From: an uncultured delta proteobacterium
GTDB taxonomy: Bacteria > Myxococcota_A > UBA9160 > UBA4427
Assembly: GCA_963822965.1 (NCBI GenBank)
Contig: CAWGJT010000005.1
Span: 1,088,001-1,152,000, forward strand
Reading direction: 5' to 3'
DNA: 64,000 nucleotides
A program made the translations under genes and the position numbers. Numbering within the stretch: the first letter of the stretch is position 1; every line of letters starts with the position of its first letter. Below the pieces are notes generated by a model. That model made no database searches. It saw only the letters and a list, made by a program, of their open reading frames with translations, and was not told where the DNA came from. Below, piece after piece: positions 21,283 through 30,763 of the stretch.

Positions 21283-22458
21283 ATGAGAATCGCGATCGTC
21301 AGCGAGGTCTTCCTTCCCAAGATCGACGGCATCACGAATCGCCTGCGACACACGATCCGCGCGCTGCGCGAGCAGGGCCACGACGTGCTGGTGCTGGCCC
21401 CCGACGCGCCGCTCTCGGACTACGCCGGCGCGAAGGTCGTCGGGATCCCCGGGGTTCCGTTCCCCCCGTATCCGGGGCTGCGGCTGGCCCTGCCCGAGCC
21501 GCGCATCCTCTGGCACCTGCGGCGCTTTCGACCGGACGTGGTGCACGCGGTGGGGCCGGCGGTGCTCGGCGTCTGGGGCATGCTCGCGGCCCGGGCGCTG
21601 GCCCTTCCCATCGTCGCGTCGTACCACACCGATCTGCCGGCCTACGCGGGACGACACGGTCTGGGATGGCTCGAGCCGGCCGTGTGGCCCCTCGTCCGCC
21701 GCGTGCACAACCTGGCCGACGTCAACCTCTGCCCGTCGACGGTCACGCGCCGGCAGCTCCAGGACCACGGCATCGAGAACGTGGGCATCTGGCGGGGCGG
21801 GGTGGACTGCAACCGCTTCCACCCGGACAAGCGCTCCCTGGACATGCGCATGCGGCTGACCGACGGACGGCCCGATCGGCCGGTGGTCCTGTACGTGGGG
21901 CGACTCTCACCGGAGAAGAATCTCGACGTGCTGCGACTCGTCCACGAGGCGGCGCCGGACGCCCACCTCGCCCTGGTGGGCGACGGTCCCGCGCGGCCGC
22001 AGCTGGAGAGGAGCCTCGCCGCCCTGCCCGCCACCTTCACCGGGTTCCTGCGCGGGGAGGAGCTCGCCAGCGCCTTCGCGAGCGCCGACCTCTTCTTCAT
22101 GCCCTCCACCACCGAGACCCTGGGCTTCGTGGTGCTGGAGGCGATGGCGGCGGGCGTCCCGGTGGTGGCCGCCGCGGCCGGCGGCATCGCCGACCTGGTG
22201 CATCACTGGGAGAACGGGGTCCTCTACGACCCGGAGACTCCGCTCGAGGGTGCCGCCATCGCGGCCGAGCTGCTCGCTCACGCCGGCCACCGGCGGCTCC
22301 TGGCGGAGCGGGGCCGGAAGGCCGCCGAGCAGTGCGACTGGCAGGGCGAGACCCGCGGGCTCGTGCGCTCCTATCAGAGGGCCATCTGCGTCCACGCCCA
22401 CACCGGGCTCTCGGGCCGCATCCACCGGCGCCTGGTCGGCCAGACGGCGAGCTCCTAG
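21283..22458 (+). CDS. GT4 glycosyltransferase (SqdX/MgtA-like glycolipid synthase)
   Basis: MRIAIVSEVFLPKIDGI, SYHTDLP, YVGRLSPEKN, PSTTETLGFVVLEAMA. Confidence 0.9.
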   Translation: MRIAIVSEVFLPKIDGITNRLRHTIRALREQGHDVLVLAPDAPLSDYAGAKVVGIPGVPFPPYPGLRLALPEPRILWHLRRFRPDVVHAVGPAVLGVWGMLAARALALPIVASYHTDLPAYAGRHGLGWLEPAVWPLVRRVHNLADVNLCPSTVTRRQLQDHGIENVGIWRGGVDCNRFHPDKRSLDMRMRLTDGRPDRPVVLYVGRLSPEKNLDVLRLVHEAAPDAHLALVGDGPARPQLERSLAALPATFTGFLRGEELASAFASADLFFMPSTTETLGFVVLEAMAAGVPVVAAAAGGIADLVHHWENGVLYDPETPLEGAAIAAELLAHAGHRRLLAERGRKAAEQCDWQGETRGLVRSYQRAICVHAHTGLSGRIHRRLVGQTASS

Positions 22459-22474
22459 TAGGTCGGGGTCGAGG

Positions 22475-23500
22475 TCAGACTTCGCCGCGGTCCGCCCGCA
22501 GGCGGGCGACGACGTCCGCCCAGTGGGACGGGTCGGGCGCGCGGTTGTGGGTGAGACTCACGCCGTCGGCGATCCCCTCGAGTCGCGCACGCAGCTTGCC
22601 GGCGATCTCGTGGCGCGGCCCGACGACGGCGATCGTCTCCAGCACCTCGTCCGGCACGAGGGCGGTCATCTCGTCCCACAGTCCCCGCTTGGACATTCGG
22701 TTCAGCTCCGCGTGCAGGTCGCCCCAGCCGTGGCAATCGAGGGTGGAACGATAGGCGGGGGTCGAGCCGTAGAAGGCGAGCTGCTTGCGCGCGGCCTGCT
22801 TCGAGCGCTCGAAGGCCTCCTCGTCGTCAGCGGTCACCGTGAGCGTCGCGCACACCACCTCGAGGTCCTCCCGGCGGCGACCGCTGGCACGCAGACCCGC
22901 TTCCAGCGCGGGGAGCGTGTTCTCCTGCAGCGAGCGCCGGCTGTGGAACGGATGGGCGAAGAAGCCGTCGGCCACCTCGCCCGCCACGGCGGTCATGCGG
23001 GGCCCGAAGCCGCCCGTGAAGATGGGCGGTGGACCGAAGGGGTTCGGACCGGGATCGAAGGCCGGAATCATCAGGCTGTGGCGGTAGAGCTCGCCCTCGA
23101 AGTGGAGCTTCGAGCGTCCCTCCCAGGCGTCGAAGATCGCGCGGATCGCGAGCACCATCTCGCGCATGCGGGCCGCCGGCCGCGACCAGGGCATCGAGAA
23201 GCGATTCTCGATGTGGGGCCGGACCTGGGAGCCGAGCCCCAGCAGGAAGCGCCCCTCGCTGATGGCCTGCAGGCCCCAGGCGAGGTTCGCGAGGTTCATG
23301 GGGTTGCGCGCGAAGGCGATGGCGATCGCCGTGCCGAGCCGCAGGTGCCGCGTGGCCTGCGCCGCCAGCACCAGGGGCAGGAAGGGATCGTGACGGGCTT
23401 CGAAGCTGAAGGCACCGTCGTAGCCCGTCTGCTCGAGCTGGCGGAACAGATCGCCCGCGTCCCGGGGATCTTCGAGCGGAGCGGTGGTATAGATCTTCAT
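22475..23500 (-). CDS. F420-dependent LLM class oxidoreductase (TIGR03617-like)
   Basis: EARHDPFLPL, AIAFARNPM, LGLGSQVRPHIENRFSMPW, FYGSTPAY. Confidence 0.88.
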   Translation of the reverse strand: MKIYTTAPLEDPRDAGDLFRQLEQTGYDGAFSFEARHDPFLPLVLAAQATRHLRLGTAIAIAFARNPMNLANLAWGLQAISEGRFLLGLGSQVRPHIENRFSMPWSRPAARMREMVLAIRAIFDAWEGRSKLHFEGELYRHSLMIPAFDPGPNPFGPPPIFTGGFGPRMTAVAGEVADGFFAHPFHSRRSLQENTLPALEAGLRASGRRREDLEVVCATLTVTADDEEAFERSKQAARKQLAFYGSTPAYRSTLDCHGWGDLHAELNRMSKRGLWDEMTALVPDEVLETIAVVGPRHEIAGKLRARLEGIADGVSLTHNRAPDPSHWADVVARLRADRGEV

Positions 23501-23562
23501 CGAGCCTCCCGGGGTCCCGACTTTCGCATAGAATCCCGCGCGAGCCCGCATCGGAACCCCCT

Positions 23563-24688
23563 TTGGCCCAGCGAAGCAACGCCGTCTTTGCCTCTTCCGC
23601 GCCCGCGCCGGAGACACCCCGGGAGATCGCCCGGGAGTTCCGCGGCCTGCTGGACGAGGGCCTGCGCCTCCGACCGGCCGGAACGGCCCGGGACGACCCG
23701 GAGGCGCTGCTGCGCCGCTACGGGCCCCGCTACAAGATCGAGCTCTTCGACACGACCTACTACCTGACGGACGCCCGCCAGAACCCGGACATCCGCTTCT
23801 TCGTCGCCTACGTGCGCCTGGGCCCGTCCGCCAGGCGCCTGGGCTATTCGCCCGCGTCCCTGCGCGGCCTCTACCCGCGCATCTTCTACAAGGACGTCTC
23901 CCTCGTCTGGCGCTCGGCCTCGCACTTCATCCGCTCCGACTCCGAGAACTGGATCGGCAAGGGAGACGTGCGACCCGTGCTGATGCACGGAGAGCTCGTG
24001 GACTGCTCGGCCGAGGACACGACCGACCTGCCCCTCGAGATCCAGACGGCTCTCGAGACGCTGCTGCTGCGCGCGTCGCGGATCCGGACCGATCACCAGG
24101 CGGTGGAGAAGGTGCTGCGCCGCGGACCCGACCATCGCATCCGCGCCTACGCGGACTTCACGGCGCCCCGGGATCGGGCGCGCGCCACCCGCGGCAACCT
24201 CGTGAACGGCGGCCGCCCGATCGCGAGCTTCCGGCAGCCGGGCGACCCCGCATCGCTGGTCTTCGAGCCGGGCTTCGAGCCGGACTTCGCGGACGGCATC
24301 GTCGAGACGAGCCACTCGCGCAGCACGCCTCTACGGAGGCGAGCTGCGCCGCTTCCGGATCGTCTCCCGCAACCGGGAGGTCCAGTACCTCTTCATGGCG
24401 GGCCCGCGGCAGGCCTGGATCATCCCGCCCCAGGCCACGTCCACGGAGATCACCAGCTACGGCGTGCGCGCGATCGACGTGATGATCGACGAGGACCTGT
24501 GCGTGCCGGGCTACGAGTACCACTTCATGGACGACAGCGAGGATCCGCCGGTGCTCGTGAGCCAGATCCCCGAGCGATTCGTCGGCGAGCCCAGCCCCGT
24601 CGACCCCGACCGCGCGGACGCCTCGCCCTGGCTGGAGCAGCTGCCGGTGATCCAGGAGTTCCGGCGGCGGGTGCTCGGCGGGAAGTGA
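23563..24688 (+). CDS. Hypothetical protein, one +1 frameshift near 24328
   Basis: Coding frame continues as LYGGELRRFRIVSRNREVQYLFMAGP after removing one C. Confidence 0.7.
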
Positions 24689-24698
24689 CCGGTCGGCC

Positions 24699-24726
24699 GA
24701 CGGATCCGCAGGATTCGTTCGCGGCG
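24699..24726. repeat. Partial copy of the intergenic hairpin repeat element
   Basis: GACGGATCCGCAGGATTCGTTCGCGGCG is 26/28 identical to the reverse complement of 25327-25354. Confidence 0.75.
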
Positions 24727-24752
24727 CCGGCCGACCCTCTCGGGCCGCCCCG

Positions 24753-25196
24753 TCAGCTCTTGATGCGCTCCGCATACGGCGGGTAGAGCTTCATGCCGGC
24801 CAGCTCCCAGTAGGTCCGCAGGGCCGTCACCCTGCCGGCGTCGTCGACGCGGTACACGAAGACCCCGTTCAGCTGGCTGGCGGCGCCGTTCGCGAGCTGG
24901 ATGGTGAGCGTTCCCACGTTCGCGCACTCGTTGCCGCAGGCGTACGAGGCGGTGAGGGAGAACATCGGACGGCCGTTCGCGATGTGCGCGTCCCAGAACT
25001 TCGCGATCGCGTCCTTGCCGCGGTGCCCCCGGCCTTCGGGATCGAGGGGCGACGGGCCGACCGGGTCCTCCAGGACGGCGTCGTCGGCGAAGTTGTCGAG
25101 CCACGCCTGCCGGTCGCCCCGGGCGACCGCGTCCGCCGAGCGCCAGGACGCGAGTCGTGCGGGATGCTTCGAGTCGGGACCGGGCAGCTCCACCAT
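24753..25196 (-). CDS. NTF2/SnoaL-like (ketosteroid isomerase-like) protein
   Basis: WLDNFADDAVLEDPVG...GHRGKDAI..FWD; AAGGAGG RBS; in-frame upstream ATG at 25241. Confidence 0.88.
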   Translation of the reverse strand: MVELPGPDSKHPARLASWRSADAVARGDRQAWLDNFADDAVLEDPVGPSPLDPEGRGHRGKDAIAKFWDAHIANGRPMFSLTASYACGNECANVGTLTIQLANGAASQLNGVFVYRVDDAGRVTALRTYWELAGMKLYPPYAERIKS

Positions 25197-25252
25197 CGGG
25201 ACGTCCTCCTTCGCGGCCTTTCGTCTCGGCCTCGATGCCATGGGACAGGACA

Positions 25253-25360
25253 CTAGCCAAGGGAGCTCGTCGGGCTCCCGCATGCGGCGGAGCCACGACC
25301 CAAGACCAAGTCTTGGGTCGCGTTTCCGCCGCAAACGAATCCTGCGGATTCGTCAGCTAG
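25253..25360. repeat. 108-bp CTAG-bounded three-hairpin element (REP/MITE-like), full copy
   Basis: CTAGC..GGGAGC/GCTCCC..CGACCCAAGAC-CAA-GTCTTGGGTCG..ACGAATCC-TGC-GGATTCGT..GCTAG; shared with 45304-45391. Confidence 0.85.
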
Positions 25361-25370
25361 CTTCTCCGCC

Positions 25371-26358
25371 ATGCAGACAGTGAAGCTCGGTCGCACCGGG
25401 CTCGAGGTGTCCCGCCTCGGGCTCTGCACCATGGCCTTCGGCTCGCCGCGCTGGCGGCCGTGGGTGCTCGACGAGGCCGCCAGCCGGCCATTGCTGCTGC
25501 GCGCCCTCGAAGCCGGCGTCACGTTCTTCGACACGGCCGACATGTACTCCGACGGCGTCAGCGAGCGCGTCCTCGGGCGGGTGCTGCGCGACGCCGCGCA
25601 CCGCGACGAGGTGGTCGTCGCCACCAAGGTCTTCTATCCCCTGCGCGAAGACGGCGCGAACCGCGAGGGTCTGTCGCGCAAGCGCATCTTCGACAGCGTG
25701 GAGGGATCGCTGCGCCGCCTGGGGACCGACTACATCGATCTCTATCAGGTCCATCGCTTCGACCCGGACACCCCCATCGAGGAGACCCTGCGCGCCCTCG
25801 ACGACGTCGTGCGCGCGGGCAAGGTCCGTTACGTCGGCGCCTCGGGCATGCGCGCGTGGCAGTTCGCCAAGCTGCGCTACAGCGCGGAGCGGCTCGGTCT
25901 CGAGCGCCCGGTCGCCGTCCAGAACGCCTACAACCTGATCGTTCGGGACGACGAGCGCGAGCTGCTGCCCCTGTGCGCCGAGGAGGGCATCGGCGTGCTG
26001 GCGCGCAGCCCCCTCGCCGGCGGCTTCCTGGCCGGAGACGACGGGAACGACGCCGCCTCGAGCTCGGGCCGCCGCACCCCGGCGGACGGCTTCCATCCGG
26101 CCACCAAGTACCGGGAGAGCGACCTCGCCGTGCGGGACCGCCTGCTCGAGATCGCCAACGCCCGCGGCGAGCCGCCCGTGCGCATCGCGCTGGCATGGCT
26201 GCTGTCGCGGCCGGGCGTGACGGCGCCCATCGTGAGCGTGGACGACCTCGATCGGTTGGAGGACGCGCTCGGCGTCCGTCACGATCGCGCTCGACGAGAG
26301 CGAGTGCGACCGGCTCGGGGAGGCCTATCGCCCGCGGCCGGTTCCCGGGCTCGACTGA
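25371..26358 (+). CDS. Aldo/keto reductase, one +1 frameshift near 26271
   Basis: LGRTGLEVSRL, FFDTADMYSDG, SLRRLGTDYIDLYQVHRFD; corrected end ...LGEAYRPRPVPGLD*. Confidence 0.9.
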
Positions 26359-26461
26359 AGGCGCTTCACCCGCCGACGGCGGTCTCGCGCCGACGAGCGC
26401 TTGCCCGAGCCCGGCGCGGGCGCTCGGCTACCCTGGGCACCGGCGTCAGGCGGGAGTGGTC

Positions 26462-26875
26462 ATGAACTCGATCGAGCAGCTGAATGCGGACTGGCTGGCG
26501 GCCTGGACCGCCCAGGACGCCGAGCGCGTGGCGTCCTTCTACACCGAAGACACGCGCTATTTCGACGCGCTGGTCCCCGACGGCATCGTCGGACGCGACG
26601 CCCTCCGAAAGCGGCTGGCGGCGTTGTTCGAGCGCACGCCGCCCATGCGCTACGAGCCGGACGTCGTGTGGCCCATCGAGGGCGGCTTCTGCGGGCGCTG
26701 GATCTGCACCATCGAGGCCGGCGAGCTGACCCAGATGCTGCGCGGCTTCGACCTGGTGCTGCTGCGCGACGGTCGCATCGCGCACAACGAGGTCTACACC
26801 CACCCGATCCAGAAGGACTTTCGCGCGGGTCCGGCTCGCGGGGGCGCCGGCACCTCGGGCGCGTCCGGCCGGTGA
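26462..26875 (+). CDS. NTF2/SnoaL-like protein
   Basis: WLAAWTAQDAERVASFYTED, IVGRDAL, GRIAHNEVY. Confidence 0.85.
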   Translation: MNSIEQLNADWLAAWTAQDAERVASFYTEDTRYFDALVPDGIVGRDALRKRLAALFERTPPMRYEPDVVWPIEGGFCGRWICTIEAGELTQMLRGFDLVLLRDGRIAHNEVYTHPIQKDFRAGPARGGAGTSGASGR

Positions 26876-29343
26876 AGGAGAGCCCCGAGCCCCCGAACGA
26901 CGCCGCGCCCGCGCCCCGCGTCGTTCCGCTCCGACAGGCCGACCGGCCCGAGCTCGGCGGCAAGGCGGCGGGTCTCGCACGCCTGATGGCGATGGGCCTG
27001 CCCGTGCCGCCCGGCTTCGTCGTCGTGGGCGCCGCCCCCGGCCGGCTGCCGCCCGATCTCGGCGAGCAGTACGCGAAGATCGGCGGCGGACCCGTGGCCG
27101 TGCGCTCTTCGGCGCTCGGCGAGGACGGCCGGGACGCGAGCTTCGCGGGACAGTACGAGACGCTGCTCGGCGTCGAGGGAGAGGAGGAGCTGGCACGCGC
27201 CGTGGAGCGCTGCCTGGCCTCGCTCGACGGCGCGCGCGCGGCCGCCTATTCCCAGACCGTCTCCGAGCGGGACATCGACGCATCCGAAGCCGCCATGTGC
27301 GTCGTCGTGCAGCGGATGGTGGACGTCCGGGCCGCCGGCGTGCTCTTCACCGTCGACCCCGTCTCGGGAAGACGCAGCCGGGCGGTCATCGACGCCGTTC
27401 GTGGGCTCGGCGAGGCCCTGGTCGGCGGTCACGTCTCGCCCGACCACTACGTGCTCGACCGCACCGGCCGCACCCTCGAAGCGCACCTCGAAGGGGCCGA
27501 GCCCGTCCTCGCGCCGGGCGACCGGGCGGCCCTGCTCGAAGCGGCGCGCGCCGCCGAGGCCCGCGAGGGACACCCGCTCGACCTCGAATGGGCGATCGAT
27601 CGCCAGGAACGCATCTACTGGCTGCAGGCGCGGCCCATCACCCGGCTCGGCGCCGATCCGACGGAGCTCGACACACCGGTGCTGTGGCCAGACCACGTCT
27701 ACACCCGCTGCAACATCGGCGAGATGTTCCCCGGCGCCTGCACGCCGTTGTCGTTCTCATTCACCGCACGGGCCATCGACGTGGGCATGCAGCGCATGCA
27801 CCAGCGCATCGGCATCCAGCGGGGCCTCTCGAAGCACTTCGTCTTCGTGGGGATGTTCTACCGGAATCTCTTCCTGAACCTCACCACCATGGCGGCGACC
27901 GCCACCCAGGCCCTCGGCTCGAGCGCCGACCAGATGGCGCTCTCGATCTGCGGCCGCCCGATCACCGAGCTCGAGATCAAGGCGCAGCCTCCGCCGGCGC
28001 TTCCGCGCCGACTGTTGAACGGCGCGCGCTACGCCCGCTACCTGCTGGGGCAGCGCGCGGCCCGCCGGGGCCTGCGGCGCCTGCGCCGCGATCTCGCGTC
28101 CCTGGGCGACGCACCGCCCCGACCGCCGGACGCACCGCCGGGCGCGGACGATCTGGCGCGCTGCCAGGCCTGGTGGCAGCAGATCGACGCCCGCTTCGAG
28201 GCGATCTACGACGCCATGGACCTGCATCTCGTCTCCTCGGCGGGCTCGGGCGTGCTGACCACCACCTTGCTGGCGGTGATCGCCGGCGGCGAGACGCCCG
28301 ACGACGGCCACCACGCTCGGGTGGCCGCGCTGCTCGCCGGCGCCGAAGGAGTCGAGAGCGCGGACATCGCGGCCGGCGCCGATCGCATCCGCGACGCCGT
28401 CGCCGCGCATCCTCGAGGCGAAGCCCGGGTTGCCAGGGCCTCGGCCGAGGACGCTCTCGCCTGGCTTCGCACACCCGAAGCCGGCGACGCCGGACGCGTG
28501 TTCGCGGACTACCTGGAACGGCACGGTCACCGCACCGTGAAGGAGCTCGAGCTGCGCCAGCCCGAGTGGCGCACGGACCCGCTGCCCCTGGTGAAGTCCA
28601 TCCAGGCCGCCCTGCGCGGTCCCCGGCACGACGCCCACGCGCCCGCCGCCGAGGAGACCGGCGCCCGCCGGAGGGGCGACGGGCTGGGGATCCGCCTGCT
28701 CACCCGGCTCGCGCGCCAGGCGGTCCGCTCCCGGGAGGAGACCAAGAGCGGGCTCGTCGACGTGACCACGCGCTTCAAGGAGGCCTACCGCGGGCTCGGC
28801 GATGCACTCGTCGCGGCGGGCCTGCTGCCCGACGCGGACGCCGTCTTCTTCCTGACCCACGAGGAGCTGGGACGCCTGGTGCGGGGAGAGGATCCGGCCC
28901 TCACCCAGCACGCTCTGGCGCGACGGGAGATCCATCCCTACCTGGACGGCCTGCGCTTCCCCGACGTCTTCGTCGGCGCGGGCGAGCCCGAGCCGGCGCC
29001 GCCGGTCGACCCCGGCGCCACCCGCGTCACCGGTGCCCCGGTGAGCCGCGGCCGCGTGGAGGGGATCGTGCGCGTGGTGCTGCGGCTCGAGGACGCCGAG
29101 GCGCTGCAGGAGGGCGAGATCCTGGTGGCACCCATCACGGACGTGGGCTGGACGCCCTACTTCAGCGTCGTCGCCGGTCTCGTCACCGACGTGGGCAGCG
29201 CCGTCTCCCACGGCGCCGTCGTCGCCCGCGAGTACGGCCTGCCCGCCGTCGTCAACACCCGCAACGCGACGAGCGTCTTCCACACGGGAGACCGGGTGGT
29301 CCTCGACGGCGACCACGGCGTCGTCGAGCGGCGGGAGGCCTGA
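26872..29343 (+). CDS. PEP-utilising/PPDK-like phosphotransferase (rifampicin phosphotransferase/PigC architecture)
   Basis: GGKAAGL, AVRSSA..ED...SFAGQY, DLEWA...LQARPIT; C-terminal SHGAVVAREYGLPAV His-swivel domain. Confidence 0.9.
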   Translation: MKESPEPPNDAAPAPRVVPLRQADRPELGGKAAGLARLMAMGLPVPPGFVVVGAAPGRLPPDLGEQYAKIGGGPVAVRSSALGEDGRDASFAGQYETLLGVEGEEELARAVERCLASLDGARAAAYSQTVSERDIDASEAAMCVVVQRMVDVRAAGVLFTVDPVSGRRSRAVIDAVRGLGEALVGGHVSPDHYVLDRTGRTLEAHLEGAEPVLAPGDRAALLEAARAAEAREGHPLDLEWAIDRQERIYWLQARPITRLGADPTELDTPVLWPDHVYTRCNIGEMFPGACTPLSFSFTARAIDVGMQRMHQRIGIQRGLSKHFVFVGMFYRNLFLNLTTMAATATQALGSSADQMALSICGRPITELEIKAQPPPALPRRLLNGARYARYLLGQRAARRGLRRLRRDLASLGDAPPRPPDAPPGADDLARCQAWWQQIDARFEAIYDAMDLHLVSSAGSGVLTTTLLAVIAGGETPDDGHHARVAALLAGAEGVESADIAAGADRIRDAVAAHPRGEARVARASAEDALAWLRTPEAGDAGRVFADYLERHGHRTVKELELRQPEWRTDPLPLVKSIQAALRGPRHDAHAPAAEETGARRRGDGLGIRLLTRLARQAVRSREETKSGLVDVTTRFKEAYRGLGDALVAAGLLPDADAVFFLTHEELGRLVRGEDPALTQHALARREIHPYLDGLRFPDVFVGAGEPEPAPPVDPGATRVTGAPVSRGRVEGIVRVVLRLEDAEALQEGEILVAPITDVGWTPYFSVVAGLVTDVGSAVSHGAVVAREYGLPAVVNTRNATSVFHTGDRVVLDGDHGVVERREA

Positions 29344-29434
29344 CCCGAGGCGTCCCGCGACGCCCCGTCGGTGTTACCCTCGCACCCGGTCGGAGCCATC
29401 CCCGACGGAGTCGGCCCGGCCCCAGGGAGGTGAC

Positions 29435-29842
29435 GTGATGCTCGGACACTGTCTCTGCAATGCCGTTCGGTTCGACGTGGTCGAGGCCACCTCCCTCATC
29501 GGCATGTGCCACTGCTCGAAGTGTCGCCGGGTCTCCGGCGTGGCCTCCAATGCGGAGTTCATGGTGGCCCGGGACAAGCTCCGCTGGGTCGCCGGCGAGC
29601 ACGCGATCACGCGCTTCGCCCTGCCGGACGGCTGGGGCACTGCGTTCTGCTCCACGTGCGGGTCGCCCGTCCCCAAGCTCCATCCGAGCGGCGGCGCGTA
29701 CTGGGTTCCGGCGGGACTCATCGACGACCCTGCCGGACTCCGGGTCGCCGGCCACATCTTCGTCGGCTCGAAGGCACCCTGGGACGAGATCGCGGGGGAC
29801 GCACCCCGCTTCGAGGCAGGCTTCGATTCCGCCCGCGTCTGA
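29435..29842 (+). CDS. GFA (CENP-V) family protein
   Basis: GHCLCNAVRF, CHCSKCRR, FCSTCGSP, HIFVGSKAPW. Confidence 0.92.
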   Translation: MMLGHCLCNAVRFDVVEATSLIGMCHCSKCRRVSGVASNAEFMVARDKLRWVAGEHAITRFALPDGWGTAFCSTCGSPVPKLHPSGGAYWVPAGLIDDPAGLRVAGHIFVGSKAPWDEIAGDAPRFEAGFDSARV

Positions 29843-29872
29843 CGAGGGAGCATCTCGTCTATCCTCCCGGCG

Positions 29873-30692
29873 ATGACGAATCCCACCTACGCGACCTCGA
29901 CGCCGAAGATCACGGACCGCGACCCGCTCAGCGACTTCGAGCGCGCGCGAGGTCACCCTGCTCGACCAGACGAAGCGGGTGTTCGTGTCGGGCACCGGGC
30001 CCGCGGTGATCGTGATGGCCGAGATGCCCGGCATCTACGCCCACGTCGCGCGCTTCGCACGCACGGTGCGCGACGCGGGCTTCAGCGTCTGGATGCCGGC
30101 CCTGTTCGGAACCCAGGGCGGACCGGTGACACCCTGGGGTGCCGTCTCGACCATGGTGAAGGGCTGCATCAGCCGCGAGTTCCGCGCCTTCGCGGCGAAC
30201 GCCTCGAGCCCGGTCACCCAGTGGTTGCGGGCGCTGGCCGCCCACGCCCACCCGCTGTGCGGCGGCAAGGGAGTAGGCGCCATCGGGATGTGCTTCACAG
30301 GAAACTTCGCGCTCTCGATGATGCTCGAGCCCGCCATGCTGGCGCCCGTGCTCTCCCAGCCGTCGCTGCCCATGTTCCAGGCGGGCGGCATGCACATCGC
30401 ACCCGACGAGCTCGCAGCCGTGAAGGAGCGCATGGAGCGCGAGGACCTGACGGTGCTCGCCTACCGCTTCGAGGGCGACCGCTTCTGCAAGGCCGAGCGC
30501 TTTGCCGCCTACGAGGCCGCTCTCGGCGACCGCTTCCAGGGCCGCGTGCTCCCCGACTCGGCGGCGCTTCCCGGCACGCCCATGCGGCCCCACAGCGTGG
30601 TGACCCTCCACCTGATCGACCGCGAGGGCGAGCCGACGCGCGCCGCGCTCGACGAGATCCTGGGCTTCTTCACCACCCGGTTGAAGGAATAG
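29873..30692 (+). CDS. Dienelactone hydrolase family protein, +1 frameshift near 29945
   Basis: GPAVIVMAEMPGI, GMCFTG nucleophile, RFEGD, HSVVT. Confidence 0.85.
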
Positions 30693-30763
30693 GAGTCCGA
30701 CCCGAGACGGGGTGGGGTCGACGCCGAGCCCGTCCAGGGGATCCGCCGGCCGGCACGAGAGAC

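Noticed and set aside
25253..25360. tRNA (cloverleaf-like fold)
   Set aside because: No T-loop TTCRA, D-loop GG or 7-nt anticodon loop; stem lengths do not fit
26872..29343. PEP synthase (ppsA) or a confirmed rifampicin resistance gene
   Set aside because: No C-terminal PEP/pyruvate TIM barrel; substrate cannot be assigned from motifs
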